Below, one piece after another: positions 21,372 to 33,314 of a stretch of 64,000 bases of DNA. Every line of letters begins with the position of its first letter. Within the stretch, counting starts at the first letter, position 1. Location of the stretch: contig JAPLLW010000007.1 in assembly GCA_026387355.1 (NCBI GenBank), positions 170,198-234,197 of the forward strand, read 5' to 3'. The notes below the pieces were generated by a model. The model did no database searches, was not told the origin of the DNA, and was given only the letters and a program-made list of their open reading frames with translations. The translations under genes and the position numbers were made by a program. The stretch comes from Candidatus Omnitrophota bacterium (GTDB lineage Bacteria; Omnitrophota; Gorgyraeia; Gygaellales; Profunditerraquicolaceae).

Positions 21372-23216
21372 TCAATAAAACTTCTGCTCTTGCCAATATG
21401 TGTAAAACTTGCCCTTTCTCTCAAGCAATTCATTCAACGAACCCTGCTCTATTAGCTTCCCATCTTCTATTACAATGATCTTTTCAGAATTTTTTATTGT
21501 AAAAAATCTATGCGCAATAACAATGGTAGTCCTATTCTTCATCACCTCATCGATGGCCTCTTGGATTAGTTTCTCAGTCCTAATATCAAGAGAGCTTGTC
21601 GCTTCATCCAGAATTAAAAGTTCCGCATTATTAAGCATAGCCCTAGCTATAGAAAGCCTTTGTTTTTCACCTCCAGAGAGTTTAATCCCCCTGTCTCCAA
21701 TTGCAGTATTAAAACTATCCGGCAAATTTACAACAAAATTATATAGACGAGCCCTTTTTAAAACATCCACAAGCTCTTCGTCAGGAATACTTCGATCTAA
21801 ACCATATAAAATATTGTTTTTAATCGTATCATTAAACAGTAAAGTATCTTGGCTTACAAGAGATATATGATTCCTTAAAGATTTAAGCGTGTAATCTCTT
21901 ATATCAATCCCATCTATTTCAATAGCATCGGGAGAACAATCATAGAAACGCAAGAGTAGGTTTATTAATGTAGTTTTTCCAGTCCCAGTTGGTCCAACAA
22001 AAGCTACTTTACTTCCCCTCGCAATGGAAAAAGTAATGCCCTTCAACACAATTACCTCATTTATATAAGAAAAGGTTAGGTTTTTAAATTCTATACTCTT
22101 TTTTAAACCAGTAAATTCTACGTTTCCATCAGGCACGATAAATTTATCATCATCGTTAATGATTTTAACCAATGCTAAAATATGTCCACTTATTGTAGCA
22201 AGCCCGGCTTTAATATCATTTAAATTACCAAATGAAGCCGCGGATCTTTTAAGAATAAATAAAAATACCAAGAAACTTGCTACATCTCCTACTCTTTCCC
22301 TTACCACTATAAAAGTTATTGCGGAGACTAAAAGTAATGTGGAGGTAAGTAAAATAATTTCGTGCATTGGCGTAACCAAGTTCTGCTTTTTATCAAGACT
22401 AAATTCAATCTTTTCAATTTCATTGCTTAGGTTATAAAAACGTTTCTTTTCAAATTCCTCATTGCTATATAACTTAACCAAAGGAATACACGTTAATACA
22501 TTAGCGATATTATTACTTAATATTGCGTAAGATTTAGTATAATATTCCGAAGATTTTCTGATTTTACTGATAAGCCATTTAAATGCGTAGTTTAACACAG
22601 GAAAAATCAAAATAACAAAAATCGTAATTCTCCAAGATATAATAACCATTAACAGCAAATAAACAAAAAATAAAAGAAACGAACTTAAAAAACCAACGAG
22701 TCCCTTCAGTTGATTTGATACCTGCTGAGTAAAGCTGATTAAAATTGTTTGGAGATAGCCTGTGTTATTGCGGTCAAAAAACATTTTCCCAAAACTAATA
22801 TACCGATCGAAAATTGCCTGCCTTAATATATTCGAAAATCTTCTAATTAGAAAACTAACATTTAACACAGCAACATATTGACATATATTTTTAAGCACTG
22901 TTGCTATAAAGATCACGCCTACTAGCAATATAAATATGTTGGTATTAGTAGCTGAAAAATTGAAGTACCTAGGAAAGAATGCCTTAAAAACTGATGAATT
23001 TCTAATAAAACCAAAATCCATCGCTATAACTCCCTTGATCAAGGGAATCAAAAGACCTAAAGATAATCCTTCCAAAAAAGACGATGCTAAGAATAAAAAT
23101 GAAGGTATAAACCAGGGGTAAAATTTAAGTTTTATTTTTTTATAATCTAGGAACTTTTTTAATTCAAGCAAATTTTTTAATATACCTGTCGACTTTGAAC
23201 TTTTACGCTGGGTCAT
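21372..23216 (-). CDS. ABC transporter, fused TMD/NBD (PglK/MsbA-like glycolipid flippase)
   Basis: GPTGTGKT Walker A, LSGGEKQR signature, ILDEATS, IAHR; N-terminal membrane domain. Confidence 0.9.
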   Translation of the reverse strand: MTQRKSSKSTGILKNLLELKKFLDYKKIKLKFYPWFIPSFLFLASSFLEGLSLGLLIPLIKGVIAMDFGFIRNSSVFKAFFPRYFNFSATNTNIFILLVGVIFIATVLKNICQYVAVLNVSFLIRRFSNILRQAIFDRYISFGKMFFDRNNTGYLQTILISFTQQVSNQLKGLVGFLSSFLLFFVYLLLMVIISWRITIFVILIFPVLNYAFKWLISKIRKSSEYYTKSYAILSNNIANVLTCIPLVKLYSNEEFEKKRFYNLSNEIEKIEFSLDKKQNLVTPMHEIILLTSTLLLVSAITFIVVRERVGDVASFLVFLFILKRSAASFGNLNDIKAGLATISGHILALVKIINDDDKFIVPDGNVEFTGLKKSIEFKNLTFSYINEVIVLKGITFSIARGSKVAFVGPTGTGKTTLINLLLRFYDCSPDAIEIDGIDIRDYTLKSLRNHISLVSQDTLLFNDTIKNNILYGLDRSIPDEELVDVLKRARLYNFVVNLPDSFNTAIGDRGIKLSGGEKQRLSIARAMLNNAELLILDEATSSLDIRTEKLIQEAIDEVMKNRTTIVIAHRFFTIKNSEKIIVIEDGKLIEQGSLNELLERKGKFYTYWQEQKFY

Positions 23217-24136
23217 TTAGCATTACTCCTGGAATACAAAATTTTAAAACATTTTTTAAGGATAGAGTGGGGTAAAATAATAACAGTTTTTATAAACTTT
23301 AAAAACGTTCTTGTTTTAGTAACGAAACGATGGTCTTCGAAAACACTATTTAATGCCTTAATTTTAATCCAATTATCCGGCCAGAAATCATTATTAACAA
23401 ACTGCGAACATGGTCTTACAGGACCTTCTCTTGGAACAACAACTGTTTTATCTTTAGCGGGAATTAACCAAGCACCCCACCAGCTCAAGGTAGATATAGA
23501 ACAAACAAAGTCGTGACAAAGGCTCATCGAGTAAAGATCTTCATAAGGTTTATTTCCTTCTATATAAATAATATTTCCCTTAACTTTTTTCAAAAATCCT
23601 TTTGCAATCTTAATCTCATCAGAAAAAACTAGTATATACTCTTCGTTTTTTACTCTACTGAGGGCTTCCAAATAATATCTTGGAGGTACCGTATAGTATA
23701 ATGAGCGCAGGTTTAAAATTCTAATTTTATCTCCAAATCTAAAATGCAAACCCACGCTTTTAGAATAATTTATATGTTGATATTTAATCTTCACAGCTAA
23801 TACAGCTGCTTCCTTAAAAACATACCACTTCTTAACTTTTTCTTTATCTAAATATTTTTCCGTCTGAAACCAACCTGAAATATCTGTACCGTCTTCGATT
23901 TTTAACGTGCTTTCATTAAAACCAAAATAATTCGGTGGCTCAATATAAACCTTATCAATACCCTCAGGCTCTTCTGCTCTTTCGTTAGAATCGTTGAGCA
24001 GAAAAATCTCATCGCCAATCCACTTAGGACAATAAAACTTTACCCCCAAGCGTTGAGCCGTAAGCCGTAGGAATGCATATTGAAAGAGCTGGTTACCTAA
24101 CCTTCCTTGGGAACCCAGCCTTTTGAAAGATATCAA
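23213..24136 (-). CDS. Alpha-1,2-fucosyltransferase (GT11)
   Basis: GRLGNQLFQYA, GWFQTEKY, HFRFGD, STLSWWGAWL. Confidence 0.85.
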   Translation of the reverse strand: MISFKRLGSQGRLGNQLFQYAFLRLTAQRLGVKFYCPKWIGDEIFLLNDSNERAEEPEGIDKVYIEPPNYFGFNESTLKIEDGTDISGWFQTEKYLDKEKVKKWYVFKEAAVLAVKIKYQHINYSKSVGLHFRFGDKIRILNLRSLYYTVPPRYYLEALSRVKNEEYILVFSDEIKIAKGFLKKVKGNIIYIEGNKPYEDLYSMSLCHDFVCSISTLSWWGAWLIPAKDKTVVVPREGPVRPCSQFVNNDFWPDNWIKIKALNSVFEDHRFVTKTRTFLKFIKTVIILPHSILKKCFKILYSRSNAK

Positions 24137-24169
24137 ATTAAATTTCCTGTAATGACTGTTAACCTTGCT

Positions 24170-24772
24170 TTAACTAACCTTAGTCCCGCACTTTGGGCAA
24201 AATACTACATCTTTCCCTAGCACATTTCCGCAGCCCTTGCATTTAAACTCTTCCGTTTTCACCTCAGGCTCTTCGACCTCTAACTCTGGCTCTTTAAAAA
24301 TAGCCTTTAATCTTCCGGTGAATAAATCCGTAATCTTCTCCATATTAGAAAAAATCAAGACCATGAGCCTTGTTAAAAGTAATAAACTTACACACAGAAA
24401 CGTTACATTGTAAACTTCAATATCATGTCTTCTGAATAGGTGCTTGGCAATATGATAAAAGGTTTGATACGCAATAATAGACGCGATAAGCATTACTATC
24501 CATTTAGCAATGACCATCGCCTTAGGGAAATTTATCATCTCATAATGCTTAGTCAGATAAAACCCAAATTTAATAAGAAACGTTAATATGACCGCATTAG
24601 CTGCTCCAATAACAACATCTAAAACAGTAAGCCCTGTGTTAAAAAACTCCATCTCATCAAAAACCTCAATCATGGAGATTAAGTACCTAAAAAGAAACAT
24701 AATCCCCAAGACTATGCACAGCTTTACCACGCGCATACCCATGTCATTTACTAATGCTTCGCTTTTGTTCAT
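24170..24772 (-). CDS. Membrane protein with C-terminal zinc ribbon
   Basis: About four TM helices then CKGC...FCPKCG; AGGAGG RBS. Confidence 0.75.
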   Translation of the reverse strand: MNKSEALVNDMGMRVVKLCIVLGIMFLFRYLISMIEVFDEMEFFNTGLTVLDVVIGAANAVILTFLIKFGFYLTKHYEMINFPKAMVIAKWIVMLIASIIAYQTFYHIAKHLFRRHDIEVYNVTFLCVSLLLLTRLMVLIFSNMEKITDLFTGRLKAIFKEPELEVEEPEVKTEEFKCKGCGNVLGKDVVFCPKCGTKVS

Positions 24773-24863
24773 TGCCTTCCTCCTTTAATGAATACCGCTA
24801 TCGGCGGGACGAGCTCGCGACCTGTTTTATTCTATATTATAAACTGCCTAAAGTAAACTAAAA

Positions 24864-25328
24864 TTAAAAGAAGGGGTTTTCTCGCTTTATCCTGATGATT
24901 TTCAAGCCTTCCGGTCGCCTTACAAGCACAAGCTGAGTTAAGCCCCTCATTCTAATCTCAACCCCCGAAGTTGTTGTTGCATTTTTATACCAATGCACCG
25001 TAACACTTAGCCTATCTTTATCGCTAACTACCATATCGATAACAAAATGTATGTGGGGATAACTTACGGATTTAAGATATTCATCAAGGACTAACTTAAA
25101 CCGGTTCCTTTCATCAAAATTATTATCCAAAAGAAACATCAGCCCACCAAGGTCCTCAAATGCATAGGCAGACTCGATTCTTTGAAAAAACTCCTCAACT
25201 ATTGATCTAATTAAGATCTCTTGTGTTTGAAGATTATCTATGGCCCTTGGCCGCGGGCTCAAACCCAGAGTGAAAAACATAACTAAAATTAGAAAAGGAA
25301 GCACTCTTTTTACTCTTATATTCATCAC
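24864..25328 (-). CDS. Hypothetical exported protein (possible NTF2-like fold)
   Basis: Signal-peptide-like N-terminus; helix-then-beta-strand pattern. Confidence 0.55.
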   Translation of the reverse strand: MMNIRVKRVLPFLILVMFFTLGLSPRPRAIDNLQTQEILIRSIVEEFFQRIESAYAFEDLGGLMFLLDNNFDERNRFKLVLDEYLKSVSYPHIHFVIDMVVSDKDRLSVTVHWYKNATTTSGVEIRMRGLTQLVLVRRPEGLKIIRIKRENPFF

Positions 25329-25338
25329 TTCTTCCTAT

Positions 25339-25376
25339 AAAAAAACCCCGCACTCATAATTAAGTGCGGGGTTTTT
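25339..25376. terminator. Intrinsic (bidirectional-type) terminator
   Basis: AAAAAAA-CCCCGCACT-loop-AGTGCGGGG-TTTTT just downstream of the 25393-26094 gene. Confidence 0.8.
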
Positions 25377-25392
25377 CATCTGCCAATAGATT

Positions 25393-26094
25393 TTATTTCT
25401 TTTTTAATTTCTCAATAAACTCGTTCGTCATCTTTCCCGCAATATCTTTACAGCCCAGCCCAAAAGCCAGAGCCAAACCTAAACCTACGCTACCTAAAAT
25501 AATGCTTAGCGTTAGGGTGGTCAGACGAATACCAATCTTTAGCTGTTCTAATGAGATAAAAATTGCGAAAGCAATAATAATTATTTCAACTGCTTTAGCA
25601 AGAACTTTACCTTGAGAAAGACCAGCGTTATTGGCTGCAGTAATTACAATATTTCTTAAAACAGTAGCAGCAAACATACCTAATATTAAAATGAATATAG
25701 CTGAAATAACATTAGGTACATAAAGTACAATTTTATTTAATAAATCTGCGGCTATAGTTAAACCAACGGCATTAATTGCAACCATAAAAGTAACTAAAAG
25801 ACCTAACCAATAGCAGACTACCCCGATCAACTCAGAGAGCGATAAACCAATGCCGCCTTTTTCTAAAACATCTTCCAATTCAATGCGGTCAGAGAGCTCA
25901 TCAAGCTTAACTGCCCTAAGTCCTCTTGTTACTACAGTTTTAATCACCTTGGAAATAATCCAACCGATGATTAGGATGATAAGCACTAATAAAATACTTA
26001 CCATAAACTGTCCTATTTGAGCTAAGACAGTTCTAGCTGGTTCTAACAAAACTACTTGCCAACTACTCATCCTGCACCTCCTTTTTGTATGCAC
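25393..26094 (-). CDS. TM-helix repeat / small mechanosensitive-channel-like protein (CmpX-like)
   Basis: Repeated 'ILIIGWIISK' and 'YVPNVISAIFILILG' helices, GLALAFGLG; true start likely MSSWQ after GGAGG. Confidence 0.75.
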   Translation of the reverse strand: MHTKRRCRMSSWQVVLLEPARTVLAQIGQFMVSILLVLIILIIGWIISKVIKTVVTRGLRAVKLDELSDRIELEDVLEKGGIGLSLSELIGVVCYWLGLLVTFMVAINAVGLTIAADLLNKIVLYVPNVISAIFILILGMFAATVLRNIVITAANNAGLSQGKVLAKAVEIIIIAFAIFISLEQLKIGIRLTTLTLSIILGSVGLGLALAFGLGCKDIAGKMTNEFIEKLKKK

Positions 26095-26109
26095 TACTAA
26101 ATTGTTATA

Positions 26110-26138
26110 ACTTTATCATAAAACGAGGGTTATGTCAA
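26110..26138 (-). promoter_or_regulatory. Sigma70-type promoter
   Basis: TTGACA-17 nt-TAAAGT with TG extension on minus strand. Confidence 0.6.
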
Positions 26139-26147
26139 GAAATAATC

Positions 26148-26903
26148 CTAGAATGGGATCATCATTCCATCGTATGCAGCTACTACTTCAATACCTAAGC
26201 GTTTAGTCAAAATCTTTGCCTGTAATTGAGGTTTGGCTAAAAGCATACTCTTTCCAAAATGAGTAAGTATGGCCTTTTTGGGCCTACAGGCTGCTATAAT
26301 CTTTTCGGCATCCATTAGGCTTAAATGATCAACATTGGACCTTGGCTCAAGAAATACAACAGAAATTATTAATACATCGGTTTTATAAAAATCATTTAGC
26401 TTGCTAAAATACTTTGTATCTGTAAGTAAGCCAATACTGGTTTTATGCAATCTAAACTTAATTCCATAAGTTTCAGACGGATGGATATGGCGCATTGAAC
26501 TTCTAAACTTAAAATCCTTAACGCAGTAATCCTTATTAGGCTTTAAGATCTCAATCTTTTCCGGCAGATTAATCGCATACTTTAGAATTACCGGATCTTT
26601 GCGCAATGCATCCTTAGGACAAAATACAACCCCTTTCTTTTTAAAACCGCCTTCAGTCATAGCCTCAATCATTACATTAATATCATTAGCGTGATCTAAA
26701 TGGCGATGGGAGAGAATTATACCATCAAGCTTGGTTGGATTTAACTTTGGCCTGCTTGTAGCGCAACGCACAATACTTCCCGGCCCCGGATCTATCAAAA
26801 TATTAGTATCTTTGTAAGAAACCCAGATTCCCCCTGAAGCCCGGAGCTGTTCAATCATCACAAAGCGCGCACCCGCTGTACCTAAAAACTTTAGGAGAGC
26901 CAT
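26148..26903 (-). CDS. MBL-fold metallo-hydrolase
   Basis: FLGTAG, IDPGPG, SHRHLDH, DHL, LTHF. Confidence 0.85.
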   Translation of the reverse strand: MALLKFLGTAGARFVMIEQLRASGGIWVSYKDTNILIDPGPGSIVRCATSRPKLNPTKLDGIILSHRHLDHANDINVMIEAMTEGGFKKKGVVFCPKDALRKDPVILKYAINLPEKIEILKPNKDYCVKDFKFRSSMRHIHPSETYGIKFRLHKTSIGLLTDTKYFSKLNDFYKTDVLIISVVFLEPRSNVDHLSLMDAEKIIAACRPKKAILTHFGKSMLLAKPQLQAKILTKRLGIEVVAAYDGMMIPF

Positions 26904-27370
26904 AATTTCTTCAGCTCCTCGTTAATCTTGTGCATCTGAGAATAAGTTAGCTCCTCTTCGGATAATACCGAAAGTTTCCCTGCCTTATCCTTAGACCCAA
27001 GAAACTCTTCCACAGATATAGACTTAGCCCCACAAGATTTGATAAAAAAACTAATTTCTTTATCATCCGAAACAACAATTAGGTTCTTTGGGTTAGCTAC
27101 AAGCTCAGCAATCTTTTTTATACGCAAATCAGCGCTCTCATTCCTGGAAAATATGACTTTTATATTGCCATCATCCAATGGCCCCATGGATGCATCCGGA
27201 TGGCCATCAAAAATTACCCAAACTTGATTATTAAGACTGCCGCAAAGTCTCTTTCTTTTAATTAGCTGTACAAGGAGAAGGCGGGAATCAGGAGTTTTTC
27301 GGGGAAGTTGTTTTGCAAATTTGGGATGATTGGTTACATTGTAACCGTCGATTATGTAATGTATAGACAT
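26891..27370 (-). CDS. NYN domain (YacP-like) ribonuclease
   Basis: IIDGYN, IFDG, SAD, VVSDD. Confidence 0.85.
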   Translation of the reverse strand: MSIHYIIDGYNVTNHPKFAKQLPRKTPDSRLLLVQLIKRKRLCGSLNNQVWVIFDGHPDASMGPLDDGNIKVIFSRNESADLRIKKIAELVANPKNLIVVSDDKEISFFIKSCGAKSISVEEFLGSKDKAGKLSVLSEEELTYSQMHKINEELKKLWLS

Positions 27371-28295
27371 AGATTAGGCCTCCCAATACCCCATAGAATA
27401 AACCAAAGGAAAAACTAAGTAAAGACATAGCAAAAGCGGGATCTTTACTTACCCCTGCCTTAGCGAAAAAGAATACTACAGAAACATCCCTCAACCCTAA
27501 CCCACCGATGGAGATAGGTAATAAGGTTATTGCGCTGATAATGGGCAAGAAAACAAAAAAGTAGACCAAGCTTATTTTTATTCCCAGAGATAAAGCAATT
27601 ATATAAAAGGTTATAGGAGTGGCCGCTTGCGCAAATGTAGAAATAAGCACACTACTTATAGCTACCCTCGGCTTTTCTCTAAATAAATGGATTTCTTCGT
27701 GTAAACCTGTAATTATGTCTCTAATTCTCCCGGCGCCAAAAGATTTAAGTAGCCCGCTTATCTTTATATAGATGAACTTATTAAACAAAACTAACAATAA
27801 AAGAGCCAGGATACCGATAATTATCCATAATGACAATAACACGCTCTTGTCCTCAAGTATATTCCAGCCCATAAAAACAGCCACTGAAGAAATGATCACT
27901 AAACCAACATAGCCGCTTAACCGGTCCAGGATTGTAGAAGCAATGATCTCTTTAGGCTTTTTAGTATAAGTAACTAAATCAATGCTGCGCAAAAAATCTC
28001 CTCCTATTGTGGAAGGAAGAAATAGGCTAAAGAATGCCCCTCCCGCGAATGCAGTAGCTACCCGCTTTAATGGAAGCTTAATTTTAACGGCCTTAATCAA
28101 AAGTTTCCAACGGAAAAGGCATAATCCGTAAGGCACAAAAGAAACCAGAAAAGCGATAAACAAAAGCGGTTTATTTGAATGCTGAATAATCTCAAATAAA
28201 ATCTTTTCGTCAACTTGTTTGAACAGGTAAACCAGCAAGATAATACTTAATACTATTCTTAATAAAATGGATAATATTTTCTTAAAGATAGTCAT
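27288..28295 (-). CDS. Lysylphosphatidylglycerol synthase TM / flippase-like protein
   Basis: RW..L, LPSTIGGD, DRL, LPISIGGLGLRD. Confidence 0.85.
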   Translation of the reverse strand: MTIFKKILSILLRIVLSIILLVYLFKQVDEKILFEIIQHSNKPLLFIAFLVSFVPYGLCLFRWKLLIKAVKIKLPLKRVATAFAGGAFFSLFLPSTIGGDFLRSIDLVTYTKKPKEIIASTILDRLSGYVGLVIISSVAVFMGWNILEDKSVLLSLWIIIGILALLLLVLFNKFIYIKISGLLKSFGAGRIRDIITGLHEEIHLFREKPRVAISSVLISTFAQAATPITFYIIALSLGIKISLVYFFVFLPIISAITLLPISIGGLGLRDVSVVFFFAKAGVSKDPAFAMSLLSFSFGLFYGVLGGLIYVYTLHNRRLQCNQSSQICKTTSPKNS

Positions 28296-29189
28296 TTATA
28301 CGAGTGTTTTACCGGTTAACTTCTGATATGCCTCTAGGTATTTAGCCCTGGTTTTAGAGATGATCTCAAGCGGTAGCTGCGGCGCCGGAGGAGCTTTATC
28401 CCAATCAAGGGTTTCAAGATAATCGCGTACAAATTGCTTGTCAAAACTCGGCACTGACCCGCCTGGCGCATACTCATCAAGCGGCCAGAAGCGCGAAGAA
28501 TCCGGGGTAAGCACTTCGTCAATCAAAATTATTTTATTATCATAAGTTCCGAACTCAAATTTAGTATCTGCTATAATTATACCCTTGCCTCTTGCATAGT
28601 CACTTGCTTTCTTATAAATAGCAATACTCGCCTGGGAGATCTTGTCAGCAGTATCTTTACCAATAAGCTTTTCAATATATCCCTGCTCAACATTTTGATC
28701 ATGCCCGACATCAGCCTTAGTGGATGGAGTAAAAATAATTACCGGTAACTTATCGGATTCCTTAAGAGAATCTGGCAATCTTATCCCACAAACTGATTGC
28801 TTCTTTTGATACTCTTTCCATCCTGAGCCTGAGAGATAGCCCCTGACAATGCACTCAACAGGTAATGGCTTACTCTTTACCACGAGCATAGAGCGACCGA
28901 CTAATTGCTTTTTGTACTTCTTCAATTCAACAGGATATTTATCTACATCAGCAGTGATAAAATGATTGGGGATAATATCTTTTAGGAAATCAAACCAGAA
29001 ACAAGAAAGCGCAGTTAAAATTTCGCCCTTATTAGGAACTCCGTTGGGTAAAACCACATCAAAACAAGATATCCTATCGCTTGAGACAATCAAAAGCTTA
29101 TCGCCCAAATCATAAACATCCCTGACCTTGCCCCGGCGAAAAAGTTTTAAATCCTTAAAATCCGTAGTTAACAAGACCTCTTTATTCAC
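28296..29189 (-). CDS. purC: Phosphoribosylaminoimidazole-succinocarboxamide synthase
   Basis: [51 protein letters not shown]. Confidence 0.97.
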   Translation of the reverse strand: MNKEVLLTTDFKDLKLFRRGKVRDVYDLGDKLLIVSSDRISCFDVVLPNGVPNKGEILTALSCFWFDFLKDIIPNHFITADVDKYPVELKKYKKQLVGRSMLVVKSKPLPVECIVRGYLSGSGWKEYQKKQSVCGIRLPDSLKESDKLPVIIFTPSTKADVGHDQNVEQGYIEKLIGKDTADKISQASIAIYKKASDYARGKGIIIADTKFEFGTYDNKIILIDEVLTPDSSRFWPLDEYAPGGSVPSFDKQFVRDYLETLDWDKAPPAPQLPLEIISKTRAKYLEAYQKLTGKTLV

Positions 29190-30975
29190 TTGTTTTCAAC
29201 CTCTGACTAAGGCTCTCGTATTCATCCCATAATTCTAAAGGAAGATCCTTTTTAAACTCACTAAAAAACTTCTTTATACCCTTTAATTCCCCAACCCAGT
29301 CATCTTTACGCACTTCAAGTAATTTCTCTAACGCTCCATCACTTAAGCTAATACCTGTCAAATCTATGTCAGCAGGATAAGGCACATATCCAATAGGAGT
29401 TTTATATGCCTCCACTCTATTATTGCAACGGTCAAGAATCCACTCAAGGACTCTTAGATTCTCCGTAAAACCTGGCCACATGAATTTACCGGACTCATCC
29501 ATCCTAAACCAGTTCACGTGAAATATCTTCGGTGCCTTCTTCATCTTTTTACCCATATCTAACCAGTGCCTAAAATAATGCGCCATATTATAACCGCAAA
29601 AAGGAAGCATCGCCATTGGGTCACGGCGAACCTCTCCCACTTGTCCAACCTGGGCTGCTGTGCGCTCTGAGGCCATAGTTGAACCTACAAATACACCATG
29701 CTGCCAATTAAAAGACTCATAAACCAAAGGTGCCAGATGTTCTCTGCGTCCACCAAAAATTACTGCGGATACGGGAACTCCATGATGCTGTTCCAACCTA
29801 AATGATGCTGAAGGACAATTCATAATCGGCACAGTAAAACGGCTATTCGGATGAGCCCCTAGTACAGGTTTACCATTAACATCTTTTAATCCAGATTTCC
29901 AAGGACGGCCCTGCCAATCAATACCATTCGCAGGCACTTCTCCATCAGCACCTTCCCACCAAACTGTCTTATCGGATTTCAATAGGACATTAGTAAATAT
30001 GGTATCCTTTTTAACCGTCTCGACCATATTAGGATTGGTCTTTGAATTTGTCCCCGGTGCAACACCGAAAAATCCGGATTCAGGATTTATCGCCCAAAGA
30101 GTGCCATCAGAATCAACGCGCATCCACGCAATATCATCACCCACCGTCCAAATGCGATAACCCTTTACTTTAAGCCCTTCGGGAGGAACAAGCATCGCCA
30201 GATTTGTTTTACCGCAAGCGCTCGGGAAAGCTGCAACAACGTATTCAATGTGCCCATTAGGCTCTTCAATACCCATAATCAACATGTGTTCGGCTAACCA
30301 ATGCTCTTTTCTGGCGATATGGCTAGCAATACGCAAAGATAAACATTTCTTACCTAAAAGTACATTCCCGCCATAACCAGAACCCACACTCCAAATAGTA
30401 TTGTCTTCAGGAAAATGCAGGATTAATCTCTTATTAATATCAAGCTCTGCTTTAGAATGCAGGCACTTGGTAAAGTTATCTTCTTTTTCTATCTGTTTTA
30501 AAACTAATTCTCCAACGCGGGTCATAATAAGCATATTTAAGACTACATAACGCGAATCTGTAAGCTCTACTCCGATTTTACTGAATTCAGAACCCACCGG
30601 CCCCATAGAAAAAGGAATAACATACATGGTGCGACCACGCATCGCCCCCTTAAATATAGCCCTGGCTTTCTTGTACGCAGCCTTTGGGGACATCCAGTTA
30701 TTGTTCGGACCAGCATCGTGCTTTTTCTTAGTGCAGATAAAGGTGAGGTGCTCTGTGCGCGCAACATCATCAATTGCTGTGCGGTGCAAGAAACACCCCG
30801 GCAGCTTTTCTTTGTTCAGTTGAATTATCTCTTCATTTGCGAGCGCTTCTTTTTCTAGGATAATCTTTTGCGCTTCAGACCCATCAATCCAGACGACTTC
30901 ATCCGGTTGACAGAGTTTAGCCATTTTAGTTACCCAATCTTTTAACTTTTTATTATGCGTAGGAAATTTTATCAT
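29182..30975 (-). CDS. pckG: Phosphoenolpyruvate carboxykinase (GTP)
   Basis: [45 protein letters not shown]. Confidence 0.97.
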   Translation of the reverse strand: MIKFPTHNKKLKDWVTKMAKLCQPDEVVWIDGSEAQKIILEKEALANEEIIQLNKEKLPGCFLHRTAIDDVARTEHLTFICTKKKHDAGPNNNWMSPKAAYKKARAIFKGAMRGRTMYVIPFSMGPVGSEFSKIGVELTDSRYVVLNMLIMTRVGELVLKQIEKEDNFTKCLHSKAELDINKRLILHFPEDNTIWSVGSGYGGNVLLGKKCLSLRIASHIARKEHWLAEHMLIMGIEEPNGHIEYVVAAFPSACGKTNLAMLVPPEGLKVKGYRIWTVGDDIAWMRVDSDGTLWAINPESGFFGVAPGTNSKTNPNMVETVKKDTIFTNVLLKSDKTVWWEGADGEVPANGIDWQGRPWKSGLKDVNGKPVLGAHPNSRFTVPIMNCPSASFRLEQHHGVPVSAVIFGGRREHLAPLVYESFNWQHGVFVGSTMASERTAAQVGQVGEVRRDPMAMLPFCGYNMAHYFRHWLDMGKKMKKAPKIFHVNWFRMDESGKFMWPGFTENLRVLEWILDRCNNRVEAYKTPIGYVPYPADIDLTGISLSDGALEKLLEVRKDDWVGELKGIKKFFSEFKKDLPLELWDEYESLSQRLKTSE

Positions 30976-31883
30976 TGTTTTAACAAATATTTATGCGCTG
31001 AGTCTGCTGCAGTGGCACCATCGCTACAAGCGCTTACAACCTGATACAAGCTTTTGCGTATGCAATCTCCGCAGGCAAAAATACCTCTCCTTGATGTAGC
31101 CATTTCTGGACGAGTAATTATAAAGCCGAATTCATCTATTTCCAATATATTTTTTACAAATTCTGTATTCGGAATAATCCCAACAAAAATAAAGACACCC
31201 TGGCAAGAGATCTCTGAAGTCTTCTTGCTCAACACATTCTGAATCTTAATCCCTTCAACTTTACTATCGCCGATAATTTCAGTAACTACGCTATTAAGAA
31301 CAAGTTTAATCTTATTGTTTTTTCTTACTTTTTCAACCAGAATTTCCGAGGCACGAAACTCGCTTCTCCTATGCACAAGGCTTATTGATTTAGCATAATT
31401 GACCAAAAAGATTGCATCTTCAACTGCGCGATCCCCTCCTCCAATCACAACAATATCTTTATTCTTAAAAAGCGGACCGTCACAAGTACCGCAATACGAT
31501 ACCCCTTTGCCGATAAGTTTTTCTTCGCCAACTACCCCAATCCTTTTAGACTTTGCACCGCTTGAGACGATTACACACTTTGCCTTGAAATCGCCTTCGC
31601 TTGTTTTTACTAGATACGAATTTCCTTCAGGGATTATCTCTAAAACTTCCTTGTTTTCAATTGCAACTCCTAAATCTTCAACTTGTTTCTTAAATTTATC
31701 AATTAAATCAAAAGTAGATACTCCCTCGGGAAATCCCGGGTAGTTCTCTATCAAAGGAGAAAGTAGGATCTGGCCTCCCGGAGATAATTTCTCAAATACT
31801 AGAGTGGATAATTTAAACCTTCCAGCATAAATTGCTGCGGCTAAGCCTGCGGGGCCAGCTCCAATAATTACCAAATCATACAT
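30972..31883 (-). CDS. trxB: Thioredoxin-disulfide reductase
   Basis: [30 protein letters not shown]. Confidence 0.93.
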   Translation of the reverse strand: MYDLVIIGAGPAGLAAAIYAGRFKLSTLVFEKLSPGGQILLSPLIENYPGFPEGVSTFDLIDKFKKQVEDLGVAIENKEVLEIIPEGNSYLVKTSEGDFKAKCVIVSSGAKSKRIGVVGEEKLIGKGVSYCGTCDGPLFKNKDIVVIGGGDRAVEDAIFLVNYAKSISLVHRRSEFRASEILVEKVRKNNKIKLVLNSVVTEIIGDSKVEGIKIQNVLSKKTSEISCQGVFIFVGIIPNTEFVKNILEIDEFGFIITRPEMATSRRGIFACGDCIRKSLYQVVSACSDGATAADSAHKYLLKQ

Positions 31884-31894
31884 ATAATCAACCC

Positions 31895-32812
31895 CTAATT
31901 TGCAGTAGAAATTAACCTACTTGTTTCTTCAGCCTTATAAGAGCTTCTTACCTTAGGCCCGGATAAAACCTTCTTAAACCCTAACTTAATTGCAATTTCT
32001 TGATATTTACTAAACTGCTCTGGATGGATAAAGTCTTTTACTGAGTAATGTTGAACTGATGGAGCTAAATACTGCCCTAGTGTTAAAATATCGCAATTAG
32101 ACCTGCGCAAATCGTGCATAACTTCAAACACTTCCTCTTCAGTCTCACCCATGCCTAACATTAGCGATGATTTAGTAATCAGCGAGGAATTAAATTCCTT
32201 GGCAATTTTCAACAAATTTAGTGAACGGCTATAATCTGCCTGCGGCCTGACTACGGCATATAATCTTTTAACTGTTTCGATATTGTGCGCCAAAACAAAA
32301 GGATCTGCATCAATAACAACCTTTAAGCTCATAACCCTACCCTGAAAATCCGGGACCAAAACCTCAACCTTGATATCATTACTTATCTCATGTATTAATT
32401 CTAAAATACTAGCAAACTGAAAAGATCCACCGTCATCTAAATCATCTCGGGTAACAGAAGTGACTACTACATACCTTAACCCCATTAGCCTTACCACTTC
32501 GATGATTCGCTCAGCTTCCCTATAATCTACATCCGGTTTTGTTACGCCAGCTTTTTCAATATTACAAAATGAACAGTTACGGGTGCAAATTTTTCCGAGA
32601 ATTAAAAAAGTAGCCTGATTGCCCTTGAAACATTCACTCACATTGGGACATTTTGCCTCAAGGCAGACAGTATTCACCCCGGCATTAGCAATATCCCGTG
32701 CGATTTTTATTACCTGGGCATTAGGAATATCCTGATTCAACCAATTGGGTAAGCGCTTATCGAGGCTACAGTTGCAATTTACAGGATTTTGTATGTTTAA
32801 TTGATTCTTCAT
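31895..32812 (-). CDS. lipA: Lipoyl synthase
   Basis: [12 protein letters not shown] plus [18 protein letters not shown]. Confidence 0.95.
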   Translation of the reverse strand: MKNQLNIQNPVNCNCSLDKRLPNWLNQDIPNAQVIKIARDIANAGVNTVCLEAKCPNVSECFKGNQATFLILGKICTRNCSFCNIEKAGVTKPDVDYREAERIIEVVRLMGLRYVVVTSVTRDDLDDGGSFQFASILELIHEISNDIKVEVLVPDFQGRVMSLKVVIDADPFVLAHNIETVKRLYAVVRPQADYSRSLNLLKIAKEFNSSLITKSSLMLGMGETEEEVFEVMHDLRRSNCDILTLGQYLAPSVQHYSVKDFIHPEQFSKYQEIAIKLGFKKVLSGPKVRSSYKAEETSRLISTAN

Positions 32813-33314
32813 CTTTAACTTGATCTTTTAATCTCTTTAAAGCTCTGGCAATCTCAATCTTTTTAATAAGAGAGGCATAATCTACAATAAGCTTACCCTT
32901 CAAATGATCAATTTCATGCTGAAATACACAGGCCAATAAACCTTCGGCCTTAATATCTAAAGACTTACCTTCATCATCAAGGGCCTTAAGCGTAATTTTA
33001 TTTGCCCGCTTAACTTTAATACATAAACCCGGTACGCTTAAACAACCTTCCTGATTCACCTGTGACCCAGTAGCTTTTACAATTCTGGGATTAACTAATT
33101 TATAAAGGCCTTCCCCTATATCAACGACAATCATATTTTCGTTGATACCTGCCTGAGGAGCAGCTAAACCCACCCCTTCGCCTTCATACATAAGCTGGGC
33201 CATCTTACTTAAGGCCTCTCTATGCCTTGCAGTTACCTTTTTAACTGCAGATGACTTTTTTCTTAATACCGGATCACCGAATATTCTAATTCTTAATGCG
33301 ATTTCTTCCATCAA
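32766..33314 (-). CDS. def: Peptide deformylase
   Basis: [20 protein letters not shown]. Confidence 0.96.
   Translation of the reverse strand: MMEEIALRIRIFGDPVLRKKSSAVKKVTARHREALSKMAQLMYEGEGVGLAAPQAGINENMIVVDIGEGLYKLVNPRIVKATGSQVNQEGCLSVPGLCIKVKRANKITLKALDDEGKSLDIKAEGLLACVFQHEIDHLKGKLIVDYASLIKKIEIARALKRLKDQVKDEESIKHTKSCKLQL

Noticed and set aside
3741-24136. Integron cassette array explaining the spaced co-oriented genes
   Set aside because: No integrase and no recurring attC-like inverted repeats seen in the spacers.
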